A stretch of DNA of 64,000 bases from Vicinamibacteria bacterium. Lineage in GTDB: Bacteria > Acidobacteriota > Vicinamibacteria > Marinacidobacterales > Marinacidobacteraceae. Below, piece after piece: positions 1-9,082 of the stretch. The translations under genes were made by a program, and so were the position numbers. The DNA lies in the NCBI GenBank assembly GCA_965199715.1, contig OZ241322.1, positions 2,189,486-2,253,485 on the forward strand. Reading direction: 5' to 3'. Below the pieces are notes generated by a model. That model made no database searches. It was not told where the DNA came from and saw only the letters and a program-made list of their open reading frames with translations. Every line of letters starts with the position of its first letter. Position 1 is the first letter of the stretch.

Positions 1-326
1 TTCCCCTCGAGATCGACCGCGAAGATGTAGATGTCGCCCACCTTCCAGTCGCCCTCGTCGCGGAAGTTCGCATCGAGAAACGCGAACGCGTCATCGGGCG
101 CGGCGGCGTCGAGGGCGGCCACGGTCTCGGCTACGAACGCCTCGAGCGACTCGCGGTCCATGACATCGGACGCGCTCGTCTCGGGCGGGGCCGGCGCCGG
201 ATCAGGGAGGGGCGCCGGGGCCGGGGCGGGCGCGGGAGTCGGCGCCGGGCTGGCGTCGTCGTCGCAGCCGGCGGCGAATGACAGCGAGAACGCCGCGAGG
301 GCGGTCAGCACGCGAAAACGCTTCAT
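1..326 (-). CDS. Secreted lipoprotein, partial (C-terminus lies beyond window start)
   Basis: Reverse-complement translation from the ATG at ~324-326 gives MKRFRVLTALAAFSLSFAAGCDDDASPAPTPAPAPAPAPLPDPAPAPPETSASDVMDRESLEAFVAETVAALDAA... This is a signal peptide plus AAGC lipobox followed by a Pro/Ala linker. The ORF runs off the window edge, so it is absent from the ORF track. Confidence 0.45.
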   Translation of the reverse strand, partial: MKRFRVLTALAAFSLSFAAGCDDDASPAPTPAPAPAPAPLPDPAPAPPETSASDVMDRESLEAFVAETVAALDAAAPDDAFAFLDANFRDEGDWKVGDIYIFAVDLEG

Positions 327-405
327 TTCAGTCTCCCTTGGTCGCTCCGAAAGCGGCCGACAAGCTACTACACGGGGCGCGGCGAACGCGTAGCATTCTC
401 CGGCC

Positions 406-2301
406 ATGGGAAGGCTCGACGCGCGTCCGGTTCGGGGCGAGGATCTGCGCCGCTTCGAGCGGCGGCTGTTCCGCGACGTCCGCACGCTCGAACGGCTGAT
501 CCAGACCGGCCGCATCGAGAAGGACGTCCATCGGGTCGGCGTGGAGCAGGAGATGTTCCTCGTCGGCGACGCCTTCCGCCCGGCGCGGGCGGCGATGGAG
601 GTGCTCGACGAGCTGGACGATCCCAGGTTCACTACGGAGGTCGCGCGCTTCAACCTCGAGGCCAACCTCGACCCGATGCTCATCGAGGGGAACTTCCTCC
701 GGCGGATGGAGGCGGAGCTCGAAGCGGCCATGACCCGTGCCGCCGAAGCCGCCGGGAAGGTCGGCGTGGACGTCTGCCTGACCGGCATTCTCCCGACGCT
801 GCGGCTCTCCGATCTCACCCTCGAGAACCTCACTCCGCTCCCGAGGTACCGCACGCTCAACGAGGCGCTGTCGCGGGTGCGGGGCGGGGCGCCCTACACC
901 GTCCACATCGGCGGCGTGGACGAGCTCCACGCCACGCACGACAACGTGATGCTGGAGAGCTGCAACGCCAGCTTCCAGGTGCACCTCCAGGTGGGAGCGG
1001 AAGAGTTCGCCCGGGTGTACAACCTCGCCCAGCTCGTCGCCGCGCCGGTGCTGGCGCTGTCCGCGAACGCGCCCCTGCTGTTCGGACGCCGACTCTGGCG
1101 GGAGACTCGGATCGCGCTCTTCCAGCAGGCGATCGACACCCGCACCGCCGGCCCGCACGAGCGCCAGCGCGCCGGCCGCGGCGCGTTCGGGCGCGATTGG
1201 ATCCGCGGCGGCGTGCTCGACATCCTTCGGGACAACATCGCCCGCCACGCCGTGCTCCTCGACGCCGGCGAGGAGGACGATCCGGACGAGGATCCGCCCC
1301 GGCTCTCGGCGCTGTGCCTCCACAACGGCACCGTCTGGCGCTGGAACCGCCCCTGCTACGGGATCACCGATGGCAAGCCGCACCTGCGTATCGAGAACCG
1401 CTACCTCCCGAGCGGGCCGAGCATCCCCGACCAGGTCGCGAACGCGGCGCTGTGGCTGGGCCTGATGAGCGGGCTGTCGGGGGAGGGCGCGGATCCCGCC
1501 GACCAGATGGCGTTCTCCTACGCGCTTGAGAACTTCGTGGCGGCCGCCCGGCTCGGGCTCAAGGCCGAGATGCACTGGACCGACGACCGGCACTGGCGGA
1601 TTGGCGACCTGCTGGAGCAGGAGCTGCTTCCTCGGGTCCGCGAAGGGCTGGCGCGCAAGAACGTCGATCCGGCCGACGTGGACCACTACGTCGGCATCCT
1701 CGAGGAGCGGACGCGCACCGGGCGGACCGGGGCGTTTTGGATCCTCGACGGGTACAACCGCATCCGCCGCCAGGCCTCCCGCTCGGAGCGGATGAGCGCG
1801 ATCACCGGGGCGATGCTGCGGCAGCAGCGCCGGGGCGAGCCGGTCGCCCGCTGGGAGCCGCCCGCGCCCGAGGACGCCGGAAGCTGGAAGCACCACTACA
1901 TGCGCGTCGAGCAGTTCATGACCACCGAGCTGAGCACCGTCCACCCCGACGAGTCGGTGCGCCGCGCCGCCATCCTCATGGACTGGGGGCGGATTCGGCA
2001 CATTCCCGTGGAGGACGACGACCGGCTGGTCGGGCTCGTCTCCTACCGGACGATCATCAAGCTCGTCGCCGAGAGCGGCCTCGAGGAGGACGAGCTGCTC
2101 TCCGTGGGCGCGGTCATGAAGACCGACATCGTCACGATCGGCCCGCACACGTCGTCGGTCGAGGCCATCCGCATCATGAACGACCGCGGGGTCGGAGCGC
2201 TGCCGGTGGTGCAGGAGGAAGGGCGCCTCGTCGGGATCGTCACCGAGCACGACTTCACCCTCATCGCCCGGAGCCTGCTCGAGGAGCGGCTGAGCGAGTA
2301 G
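406..2301 (+). CDS. Glutamate-cysteine ligase family 2 (YbdK-like carboxylate-amine ligase) fused to a C-terminal tandem CBS domain pair
   Basis: 631 aa. The N-terminal ~470 aa have a GCS2-like pattern (VGVEQEMFLV, NASFQVHLQV, RLWRETRIALFQQ). The C-terminal ~150 aa are a CBS pair (TTELSTVHPDESVRRAAILM...IPVEDDDRLVGLVSYRTII and VMKTDIVTIGPHTSSVEAIRIMNDRGVGALPVV...LVGIVTEHD). Confidence 0.8.
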   Translation: MGRLDARPVRGEDLRRFERRLFRDVRTLERLIQTGRIEKDVHRVGVEQEMFLVGDAFRPARAAMEVLDELDDPRFTTEVARFNLEANLDPMLIEGNFLRRMEAELEAAMTRAAEAAGKVGVDVCLTGILPTLRLSDLTLENLTPLPRYRTLNEALSRVRGGAPYTVHIGGVDELHATHDNVMLESCNASFQVHLQVGAEEFARVYNLAQLVAAPVLALSANAPLLFGRRLWRETRIALFQQAIDTRTAGPHERQRAGRGAFGRDWIRGGVLDILRDNIARHAVLLDAGEEDDPDEDPPRLSALCLHNGTVWRWNRPCYGITDGKPHLRIENRYLPSGPSIPDQVANAALWLGLMSGLSGEGADPADQMAFSYALENFVAAARLGLKAEMHWTDDRHWRIGDLLEQELLPRVREGLARKNVDPADVDHYVGILEERTRTGRTGAFWILDGYNRIRRQASRSERMSAITGAMLRQQRRGEPVARWEPPAPEDAGSWKHHYMRVEQFMTTELSTVHPDESVRRAAILMDWGRIRHIPVEDDDRLVGLVSYRTIIKLVAESGLEEDELLSVGAVMKTDIVTIGPHTSSVEAIRIMNDRGVGALPVVQEEGRLVGIVTEHDFTLIARSLLEERLSE

Positions 2302-3582
2302 CTAGCGCAGCGGGAACAGCGCGGCCAGCAGGATCACCTCAATCACGCCGAGGACGCCGAGCAGCGCGATTCCGGCGCTCCACGTCCGGAACGTCTCGCG
2401 CTCGCTGAATCCGGCGAGCCGCCCGACCACCCAGAACCCCGAGTCGTTCATCCACGAGCCGATCATCGACCCGAACCCGATCGCGGCGAAGAGATAGCCG
2501 GGGTGGAACGGGAGATCCGGCCCGACCGCGCCCGCCATGATCGCCGAGCCGGTCAGGATCGCGACCGTCCCCGATCCCTGCGAGACCTTGAGCACGACGG
2601 CGACGCCGGCGGCGAGGAGCAGCGTCGCGGTTCCGGCGGCCTCGAGACTGCGCAGCGTCTCCTCGATCCCCGCGCCGGCGAGCGCGAGCCCGAACGCTCC
2701 GCCGGCGGCGGTGATGAGGATGATGGGTCCGGCCTCGACCACCGCCGGGCCGAGCTCCCGCACCGGGGCTCTTCGGGACCTGCCGAGGAGGAGCACGCCG
2801 GCGACCGCCCCCAGCAGCAGCGCCGCGTTCCGGTGGCCGAGGACCGCGAGCGCCGTAGCGTCCGACGCCGACGCCGCCGTGATGAGGACGACGGGAAGCA
2901 GCACCGGCAGGAGCGACGCGGCGAGCCCCGGCGCGTCCCGGACGGCCGGCGGTTCGCCCGCGTCCCGCAGCGTCCCCGCCGCGATCCGCCGGGAGAGGAC
3001 GATCGCCAGCGCCGCGGGCGCCGCGCCGAGCGCCAGCCCGAACCCGACCGCGGTCCCGAGATCGATGCCGAGCGTGTCCGCCATGGCGAGCGGCCCCGGC
3101 GTCGGCGGGGCGAGCGAGTGGGTGGCCACGCCTCCGATCGCGATCGCGGCCACGAAGTGCGCGTAGCGGCCGGGCGCCCGCCGCCCGAGCGCCCGCGCCA
3201 ACGGGACGAGAAGGAAGAACACGGTGTCCACGAACACCGGGATCGCGAGGATCCAGCTCGCGGCGAGGAGCGCCCACGCCGCCCGGCGCTCCCCGAAGGC
3301 GCCCAGCAGCGCGCGGGCGATGCAGTCGGCGGCCCCGCTCGCTTGGAGGCAATGGCCGATCACCGCCGCCAGCGCGATGGCGATCCCGATGGCGCCCGCC
3401 ACGGACCCGAATCCGGCGGCGCTCGCGTCGAGCGCGGCGAGAAGCCGCTCCGCCCAGCCGGCGCTCGAGGGCGCGAGCGTCCCCGCGACGATGGCGCCGA
3501 GAATGAGGGCGAAGAAGGGATGCAGCCGCAGCCAGCCGATGAGCGCCACGACGAGCGCCGTGGCGACGACCAACGGGACCAC
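2302..3582 (-). CDS. GntP-family permease (gluconate:H+ symporter-like)
   Basis: 426 aa with about 12 predicted TM segments and a Gly/Ala-rich GntP-like pattern. GTG start lies 4 nt after the upstream BNR gene stop (TGAGCGCGTG), so same-strand and operon-like. Confidence 0.8.
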   Translation of the reverse strand: MVPLVVATALVVALIGWLRLHPFFALILGAIVAGTLAPSSAGWAERLLAALDASAAGFGSVAGAIGIAIALAAVIGHCLQASGAADCIARALLGAFGERRAAWALLAASWILAIPVFVDTVFFLLVPLARALGRRAPGRYAHFVAAIAIGGVATHSLAPPTPGPLAMADTLGIDLGTAVGFGLALGAAPAALAIVLSRRIAAGTLRDAGEPPAVRDAPGLAASLLPVLLPVVLITAASASDATALAVLGHRNAALLLGAVAGVLLLGRSRRAPVRELGPAVVEAGPIILITAAGGAFGLALAGAGIEETLRSLEAAGTATLLLAAGVAVVLKVSQGSGTVAILTGSAIMAGAVGPDLPFHPGYLFAAIGFGSMIGSWMNDSGFWVVGRLAGFSERETFRTWSAGIALLGVLGVIEVILLAALFPLR

Positions 3583-3586
3583 GCGC

Positions 3587-6500
3587 TCAGCGCCCGGGCG
3601 CGATCATCGGGGGAAGTCCGGCGGCCCCGAGCTCCGCGTTGAAGGCGTCCAGTTCCCCGGTCGAGAGCTGCTGGAACCGCTCCCGCGTCGCCGCCAGCTC
3701 CTCCTCGTAGAGCGCGAGCACCTCGAGGTGTTGGTCGGTGGGGAGGTGGTCGCTGCCGCCGACGTAGCCGTGCAGGCTCACCAGCTTGGCGTGGAGGCGC
3801 CGCGGCCAGCGCAGGTTGTCCTGCGCCGCCTCGCCGCCGGTGAGCCGCAGTTCGAAAAAGCGCGCCTCGAGTTCCATGAGGGCGCTCTCGTACTCCGACG
3901 CGGTGGTCCGGATCGAGGCCGACTGAGCGATCGCGCGGCGCTCGGCGATCTGCTTGCGCAGCCACTCGACGCCCTCGATCATGTCGCCCACCTCCACGAC
4001 CATCGCCTGGATGCGCGCCAGCGTCCCGGTCTGGGTTTGGATCTCGGCGTCCGACGCGGGCGACCGCGGATCGCGCCGCACCGCGAGCGGCTGCTCCAGC
4101 GTCGTTTCGCCGACCGTGAGCCGCACCGCGTAATCGCCGGGAGGCATGAGCGTCGCGACCGGACGGGATTCGGTGAGCAGCCGGAAGCCGCGCGCCGGGA
4201 GCACCTGGTTCGGGCTGTCGCGGGGCGGGGTGCGCAGCCGGGGCTGGCGGGTCGCGCCGTTGCGCAGGTTCCAGACGACCCGGTGCAGTCCGGGGCCGCC
4301 CGGCGCGTCGAGGGCCCGCACCAGCTCTCCGTCGCCGTCGAGGATCTCGAGGGAGACCTCGCCCCTTTCCGCCAGGCGGTAGTGCAGCGTGGCGCCGTAG
4401 GGCGGGTTCTGGCCGGCTCCGGGATCCTCCGGCTGGCTCATCGGGGCCGACCGCAGCCGGAACCGCCACGCCTCCCTCGGGCGGAAGAGCTGCGGGCCGT
4501 CGGGATCCTCCGTCCACTCCCGCAGCGGGGTCATGTCGTCGAGGATCCAGAACCCGCGTCCGTAGGTGGCCGCGACCAGATCGCCGAAACGCTCCTGGAT
4601 CGTCAGCCAGTGCACCGGCGCGCGCGGCAGGTTCGTTTGCAGCGGGCGGAACGACTCCCCGTCGTCGAAGGAGACGTGAACGGCGTTCTCGGTACCGAGG
4701 AACAGCAGGCCCGGACGCTCCGGATCCTCGCGGATCGCATGCGCGTAGCTGTGGGTCGTCTTGGGCAGGTCCCGCCCGAGGCGGGTCCAGGTGGCGCCGT
4801 AATCCGTCGTCCGGTACGCCCACGTCTCGTTGTCGCCGAGCTGGTGGAGGTCCACGGTCACGTACGCCTTTCCGGCGGCGTAGCGCGAGGGCTCGATATT
4901 GCTGAACGTCCCCAGCGCCGGCACGCCGGGGAGGTTCTCGGACACGTCCTCCCAGGTTTCGCCGCCGTCGCGCGTGACGTGCAGCTTCCCGTCGTTGCTC
5001 CCCGCCCATAGAACCCCCGCCGCATGCGGCGACTCGGCGATCGAGAACAGCACGGCGGCGTAGGTGGGGCTCACGTCGTCGAAGGTGAGCCCGCCGGTCT
5101 TCAATTGGAGCGCCGCGTCGTCGGTCGTGAGGTCGGGGCTGATCGCGGTCCAGCTCTGGCCGGAATTCGTGGTCAGGTGGACGCGCTGGCTCCCCGCGTA
5201 CACCCGGTTCGGGTCGTGCGGCGAGATGTGGATCGGGAACGTCCACTGGAAACGGTCGCGCAGCTCGCCCGCGGCCCACCCCTCCGGATTGTCGGGCCAG
5301 ACGCTCACGTTCCGGGCCTGGCCGGTGCGCTCGTCGAACAGCTCCAGAATCCCCTCGTAGCAGCCGGACCACACGCGCCCGGAGTCGCTCGGGTCGGGAA
5401 TCGCGAAGCCCGACTCGCAGCCGCCGACCGGACGCCACGCGCCGATCGGGATCCCGCCGGACGCCAGGCTGTTGGACGGTCCCCGCGACGACGGGCCGTC
5501 CTGCCGGTTGCCCATGACCCGGTACGGGATCTCGTCGTCCGTGTACACGTGGTACATCTGGGCGATCGGCAGGCGCGGACGCATCCAGGTCTCGCCCCGG
5601 TTCGTCGAGATGCTCACGCCGCCGTCGTGGCCGACGATCATCCGGTCGGGGTCGTCGGGAGCGATCCACATGTCGTGATGGTCGCCGCCGGAGTCGTTGC
5701 GGAACGTGGTGCGGCCCCCGTCCAGCGTGGTCATGTGCCGAGTGGCGAGGAAGTGCGCCTCGTCCGCGTCGTCGGGCGCGGCCACGACCCGCGTGTAGTA
5801 GTGCGGCCGCTGGTTCAGCGCGTGGTCCGGGTTCACCATCTCCCACGTTTCGCCGAGGTCGTCCGAGCGCCAGAGCACGCCGTCCTGGTCGTCGAGCGGC
5901 GCGAAGAGCTCGTTGGAGCTGGTCTCGATGAGCGCGTAGATCCGCCTCGGGTCGGCGGGGGTCATGGCGAGCGCGATCTTTCCCATCGGCCCGGTCGGGA
6001 GCCCGTCCCCTTCGAGGCGCTCCCACGTCTCGCCGCCGTCGAGGCTGCGGAAGACCCCGCTGCCGGGGCCGCCGCTCTCCCGGCCCCACGTCCACATCCG
6101 CATCTGCCACATGGCGGCGAACAGGATGCGCGGGTTCGCCGGACTGAGGACGACCTCGGACGCGCCGGTGTTCTCGTCCACGAAGAGCGTCCGCTCCCAG
6201 GTCGCGCCGCCGTCGGTCGTGCGGAAGATCCCGCGCTCCTCCTGCGGCCCGTAGAGGTGGCCGAGCGCCGCGACCCACGCCGTGTCGGGGTCGTCCGGAT
6301 GGGTGACGATCCGCGAAATCCGCCCCGTGCCCTCCAGCCCGACGTGGGTCCAGGAGTCGCCCCGGTCGGTGGAGCGCCAGACCCCGTTCCCCAGCGAGAC
6401 GTTGCTGCGGATGTGAGCCTCGCCGGTTCCCGCCCAGACGACGTTCGGATCGGCGGCGGAGACCGCGAGCGCCCCGATGGACAGCACCGGCTGGTCGTCG

Positions 6501-6718
6501 AACACCGGAGTCCAGTGGACGCCGCCGTCGTAGCTGCGGAAGACCCCGCCCGACGCGGCCCCGAAGTACCAGGTGTGCGGCTCGCCGTGCACCCCATGCA
6601 CCGAGGTGACCCGGTTGCCGACCGGACCGATGTGTCGCCAGCGCAGCGCGGCGAAGGGATCGTCGGCGGCCGCGCCGGCCGCGAGGAGCAGGGACAGAAG
6701 GAGGAGGGGAGCCCGCAT
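3587..6718 (-). CDS. Secreted BNR/Asp-box repeat protein of the sortilin-VPS10 / xyloglucanase-like beta-propeller family
   Basis: 1043 aa. Signal peptide MRAPLLLLSLLLAAGAAADDP. Many Asp-box motifs (SxDxGxTW: YDGGVHWT, STDRGDSWT, TTDGGATWE, SLDGGETWE, SDDLGETWE, TRDGGETWE, TTDYGATWT, FDDGESF). Confidence 0.8.
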   Translation of the reverse strand: MRAPLLLLSLLLAAGAAADDPFAALRWRHIGPVGNRVTSVHGVHGEPHTWYFGAASGGVFRSYDGGVHWTPVFDDQPVLSIGALAVSAADPNVVWAGTGEAHIRSNVSLGNGVWRSTDRGDSWTHVGLEGTGRISRIVTHPDDPDTAWVAALGHLYGPQEERGIFRTTDGGATWERTLFVDENTGASEVVLSPANPRILFAAMWQMRMWTWGRESGGPGSGVFRSLDGGETWERLEGDGLPTGPMGKIALAMTPADPRRIYALIETSSNELFAPLDDQDGVLWRSDDLGETWEMVNPDHALNQRPHYYTRVVAAPDDADEAHFLATRHMTTLDGGRTTFRNDSGGDHHDMWIAPDDPDRMIVGHDGGVSISTNRGETWMRPRLPIAQMYHVYTDDEIPYRVMGNRQDGPSSRGPSNSLASGGIPIGAWRPVGGCESGFAIPDPSDSGRVWSGCYEGILELFDERTGQARNVSVWPDNPEGWAAGELRDRFQWTFPIHISPHDPNRVYAGSQRVHLTTNSGQSWTAISPDLTTDDAALQLKTGGLTFDDVSPTYAAVLFSIAESPHAAGVLWAGSNDGKLHVTRDGGETWEDVSENLPGVPALGTFSNIEPSRYAAGKAYVTVDLHQLGDNETWAYRTTDYGATWTRLGRDLPKTTHSYAHAIREDPERPGLLFLGTENAVHVSFDDGESFRPLQTNLPRAPVHWLTIQERFGDLVAATYGRGFWILDDMTPLREWTEDPDGPQLFRPREAWRFRLRSAPMSQPEDPGAGQNPPYGATLHYRLAERGEVSLEILDGDGELVRALDAPGGPGLHRVVWNLRNGATRQPRLRTPPRDSPNQVLPARGFRLLTESRPVATLMPPGDYAVRLTVGETTLEQPLAVRRDPRSPASDAEIQTQTGTLARIQAMVVEVGDMIEGVEWLRKQIAERRAIAQSASIRTTASEYESALMELEARFFELRLTGGEAAQDNLRWPRRLHAKLVSLHGYVGGSDHLPTDQHLEVLALYEEELAATRERFQQLSTGELDAFNAELGAAGLPPMIAPGR

Positions 6719-6730
6719 GGGCGAAGTTTC

Positions 6731-7606
6731 CTACGCCCGGGCGGCGACCGGGTCCGGACCCCGGAACGTCACCCGCCACAGCAGCCGGTCCTCGGACTCG
6801 TCGAACGGGGACGCGGCGTGCATCGCGCACCGGTTGTCCCACACGGCGAGATCCCCCGGCCGCCAGTCCTGACACACCGCGAAGTCGGGGCCGGTCGCGT
6901 GGCGCTCGAGGCGCCGGACGAGCGAGCGGCCGGCGTCCGGGTCGAGGCCGCTCACGCTCCGGACATGGCAACCGGGAACGCACAGCGCGTCGCGCCCCGT
7001 CTCGGGGTGCCGGACGATCAGCGGGCGGACGACCGGCGGGTGGGTCCGGCGGACCTCGGGAGGAAGCGGCGGCCGGTGCGGGTTCGTGCGCCGGAGCAGG
7101 TCGTCGAGGAAGGCGTAGGAGTGCACCCCGTAGCGGCCCGTCGCTTCCTCGAGCAGCGCCGTTGGAAGCGCGTCGTGCGCGTGGGCCATGCCGGCGAACC
7201 AGGTGCCGCCGCCCGAAGCGGGGTGCGTGCGGACGTGGAAGATGGAGCCGGCGGGCTGCGGGACGCGGAAGCTGTCGTCGGTGTGCCACTGGACGCCGCC
7301 CGGCTCGGCGCGGACGAACAGCGAGCGCAGCCTGCCGGTCGCCTTCTCGCGCAGGTTGCCGAGGCGGAGGATCTCCGGATGGCCGGGGAGGAGGAACCCG
7401 GGGTCGTATTTCTCGTTGCGCTCGAGCGAGCCGAAGGCGCGGCAGAACGGGAGGAAATCGTCGGGTTCGAGGAGGCCGCCGCCCCGCAGGACGAGGAGGC
7501 CGCCGGATTCGAGCCAGAGCGCCCGGAGCGGGGCGAGGTCGCGCCCGAGCCGGAAATCGGGAACCAGCCGGCCGAAGCCCGACGGCGTGAGCGGAGCGGC
7601 GCTCAC
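6731..7606 (-). CDS. TauD/TfdA-family Fe(II)/2-oxoglutarate dioxygenase
   Basis: The C-terminal ~290 aa of track ORF 6731..8134 carry TauD-like motifs (WHTDDSF, HVRTH..GGGTWFAGMAHA, WDNRCAMHAASPF). The N-terminal 175 aa of the track ORF are Arg-rich and overlap the upstream gene. I chose the GTG at 7604-7606, which overlaps the M28 peptidase stop (GTGA), as the start. Confidence 0.75.
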   Translation of the reverse strand: MSAAPLTPSGFGRLVPDFRLGRDLAPLRALWLESGGLLVLRGGGLLEPDDFLPFCRAFGSLERNEKYDPGFLLPGHPEILRLGNLREKATGRLRSLFVRAEPGGVQWHTDDSFRVPQPAGSIFHVRTHPASGGGTWFAGMAHAHDALPTALLEEATGRYGVHSYAFLDDLLRRTNPHRPPLPPEVRRTHPPVVRPLIVRHPETGRDALCVPGCHVRSVSGLDPDAGRSLVRRLERHATGPDFAVCQDWRPGDLAVWDNRCAMHAASPFDESEDRLLWRVTFRGPDPVAARA

Positions 7607-9039
7607 CCGCCGTGGGGCAGTCGGTCCGGCATGTCGGCGAGGACGTAGCCGAGCACGGCGAGCATCCCGACGGCTCGCCGGAAGTGGTCCGGGTCCACCT
7701 TGTCGAGCGTGTCCGACTCGGTGTGGTGCCAGTCGAAGTAGTGCTCGCCGACCGTGCGGAACCCGATGCCGGGCACGCCGTCGGCCATGAGCGGGCCGAT
7801 GTCGGCGCCCCCGCCGCCTCGGGCCATCAGTTCGGCGTCGATGCCCGAGAAGAGGCTGCCGATGGGCCGGAGGATGGAGAGCGCCTCGTCGTAGGGGCCG
7901 TCCTCGCCGGAGACCCACTGGAGGCCGATCCCGAAGCCCACCGGCCGCTCGGCCCCGCCGTCCATCTCGATCGCCGCGACGTGGCCGCCGATCGCGTCGC
8001 CGACGTACTCCCGGTAGGCGCGGCCGCCGCGCAGGCCGTTCTCCTCGTTGGTCCAGAGCACGACCCGCAGCGTGCGCCTCGGCCTCAGTCCGAGCCGGTG
8101 CAGGAGCGTCAGGCCGTGCCAGGCGGCGACGCACGCCGCGCCGTCGTCATGCGCCCCATGGCCCACGTCCCACGAGTCGTAGTGGCCGCCCATGACCACG
8201 ACCTCGTCGGGAAGCTCGCTTCCGGTGATCTCGGCCATGACGTTGTGGGAAAGCGCGTCGGGAAGGATTTCGTTCGACATCTCGAACCGCAGCCGGATCG
8301 GCATGCCGAGGTCATCCATCCGCCGCAGGGCCTCGGCGTCCTCCACCGTGAGCGCCGCCGCCGGGATGCGCTGGAGGCCGTCCTCGTACTGCATGTTCCC
8401 GGTGTGCGGCGTGTGGAGGCTGCTCCCGGTCGCCGAGCGCACGAGACTCGCCACCGCGCCCATCCGCGCGGCGCGCACGGCCCCCATGCGGCGGTAGGCG
8501 CCGGTGCCGCCGTATCCCGTCCAAGGGACCGCCCACACGACGATCTTGCCTTCGACCTCGCTGCGCGGCATGGCCTCCAGTTCCTCGAACGAGCGGGCCA
8601 CGACCGCCTCGGTCGTCAGGCCTCCGTCCGGCGTCCCGACGCTTCCCCCGAGCGAGAGGATGCGGAGGTCGCGTTCGAGGTGGGGTTCGTCGGCGAGAAG
8701 CCGGAGCGAGGCCGGCCCGCGAACCCAGTGGGGCACCTCGACTTCCTGGAGGTGGATCTTCTCGAGTCCCTCCGCCCGCATCGTCTCCGCCGCCCAGTCG
8801 ATGGCCTGTTCGAGCCCGGCGGAACCGCTTAGCCGGTGGCCGATCCGCAGCGAGAGGTGCTCGAGCTTCGCCCAGCCGTCCACGTCCACGAGCGCCGCGC
8901 CGAGGACGCGCCCGGCGACTTCGCGATAGCGGTCGGCGAGCTCGTGGCGGTCCCCCGGAAAGCGCTCCGGGTCCGGCGGCTGCGCCCAGGCGGGGGCAGT
9001 CAGGAGGAGCGCGGTGAGAAGCAGGCCGATGCGTCGCAT
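7603..9039 (-). CDS. M28-family zinc aminopeptidase with N-terminal signal peptide
   Basis: Start taken at the second Met (MRRIGLLLTALLLTAPAWAQ is a signal peptide). M28 metal-ligand motifs present (GGHYDSWDVGHGAHDDGAA, NEENGLRG, DWHHTESDTLD). Confidence 0.8.
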   Translation of the reverse strand: MRRIGLLLTALLLTAPAWAQPPDPERFPGDRHELADRYREVAGRVLGAALVDVDGWAKLEHLSLRIGHRLSGSAGLEQAIDWAAETMRAEGLEKIHLQEVEVPHWVRGPASLRLLADEPHLERDLRILSLGGSVGTPDGGLTTEAVVARSFEELEAMPRSEVEGKIVVWAVPWTGYGGTGAYRRMGAVRAARMGAVASLVRSATGSSLHTPHTGNMQYEDGLQRIPAAALTVEDAEALRRMDDLGMPIRLRFEMSNEILPDALSHNVMAEITGSELPDEVVVMGGHYDSWDVGHGAHDDGAACVAAWHGLTLLHRLGLRPRRTLRVVLWTNEENGLRGGRAYREYVGDAIGGHVAAIEMDGGAERPVGFGIGLQWVSGEDGPYDEALSILRPIGSLFSGIDAELMARGGGGADIGPLMADGVPGIGFRTVGEHYFDWHHTESDTLDKVDPDHFRRAVGMLAVLGYVLADMPDRLPHGG

Positions 9040-9082
9040 CGGCGGAGAATAGACTCGACAGGTTCCTCGCCGGAGGTGATCC

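Noticed and set aside
328-2250. 640-aa minus-strand ORF antisense to the GCS2-CBS gene
   Set aside because: Arg/Pro/Gly-rich low-complexity translation with no motifs. A typical shadow ORF of a >70% GC genome; the sense strand carries a well-supported gene.
3360-7648. ORFs 3360..7289 (-, 1309 aa), 3224..5011 (+) and 5024..7648 (+, 874 aa) overlapping the BNR/sortilin-like and TauD genes
   Set aside because: All are alternative-frame or antisense readings of confirmed genes. Extreme R/G/P/A composition, no domain signatures.
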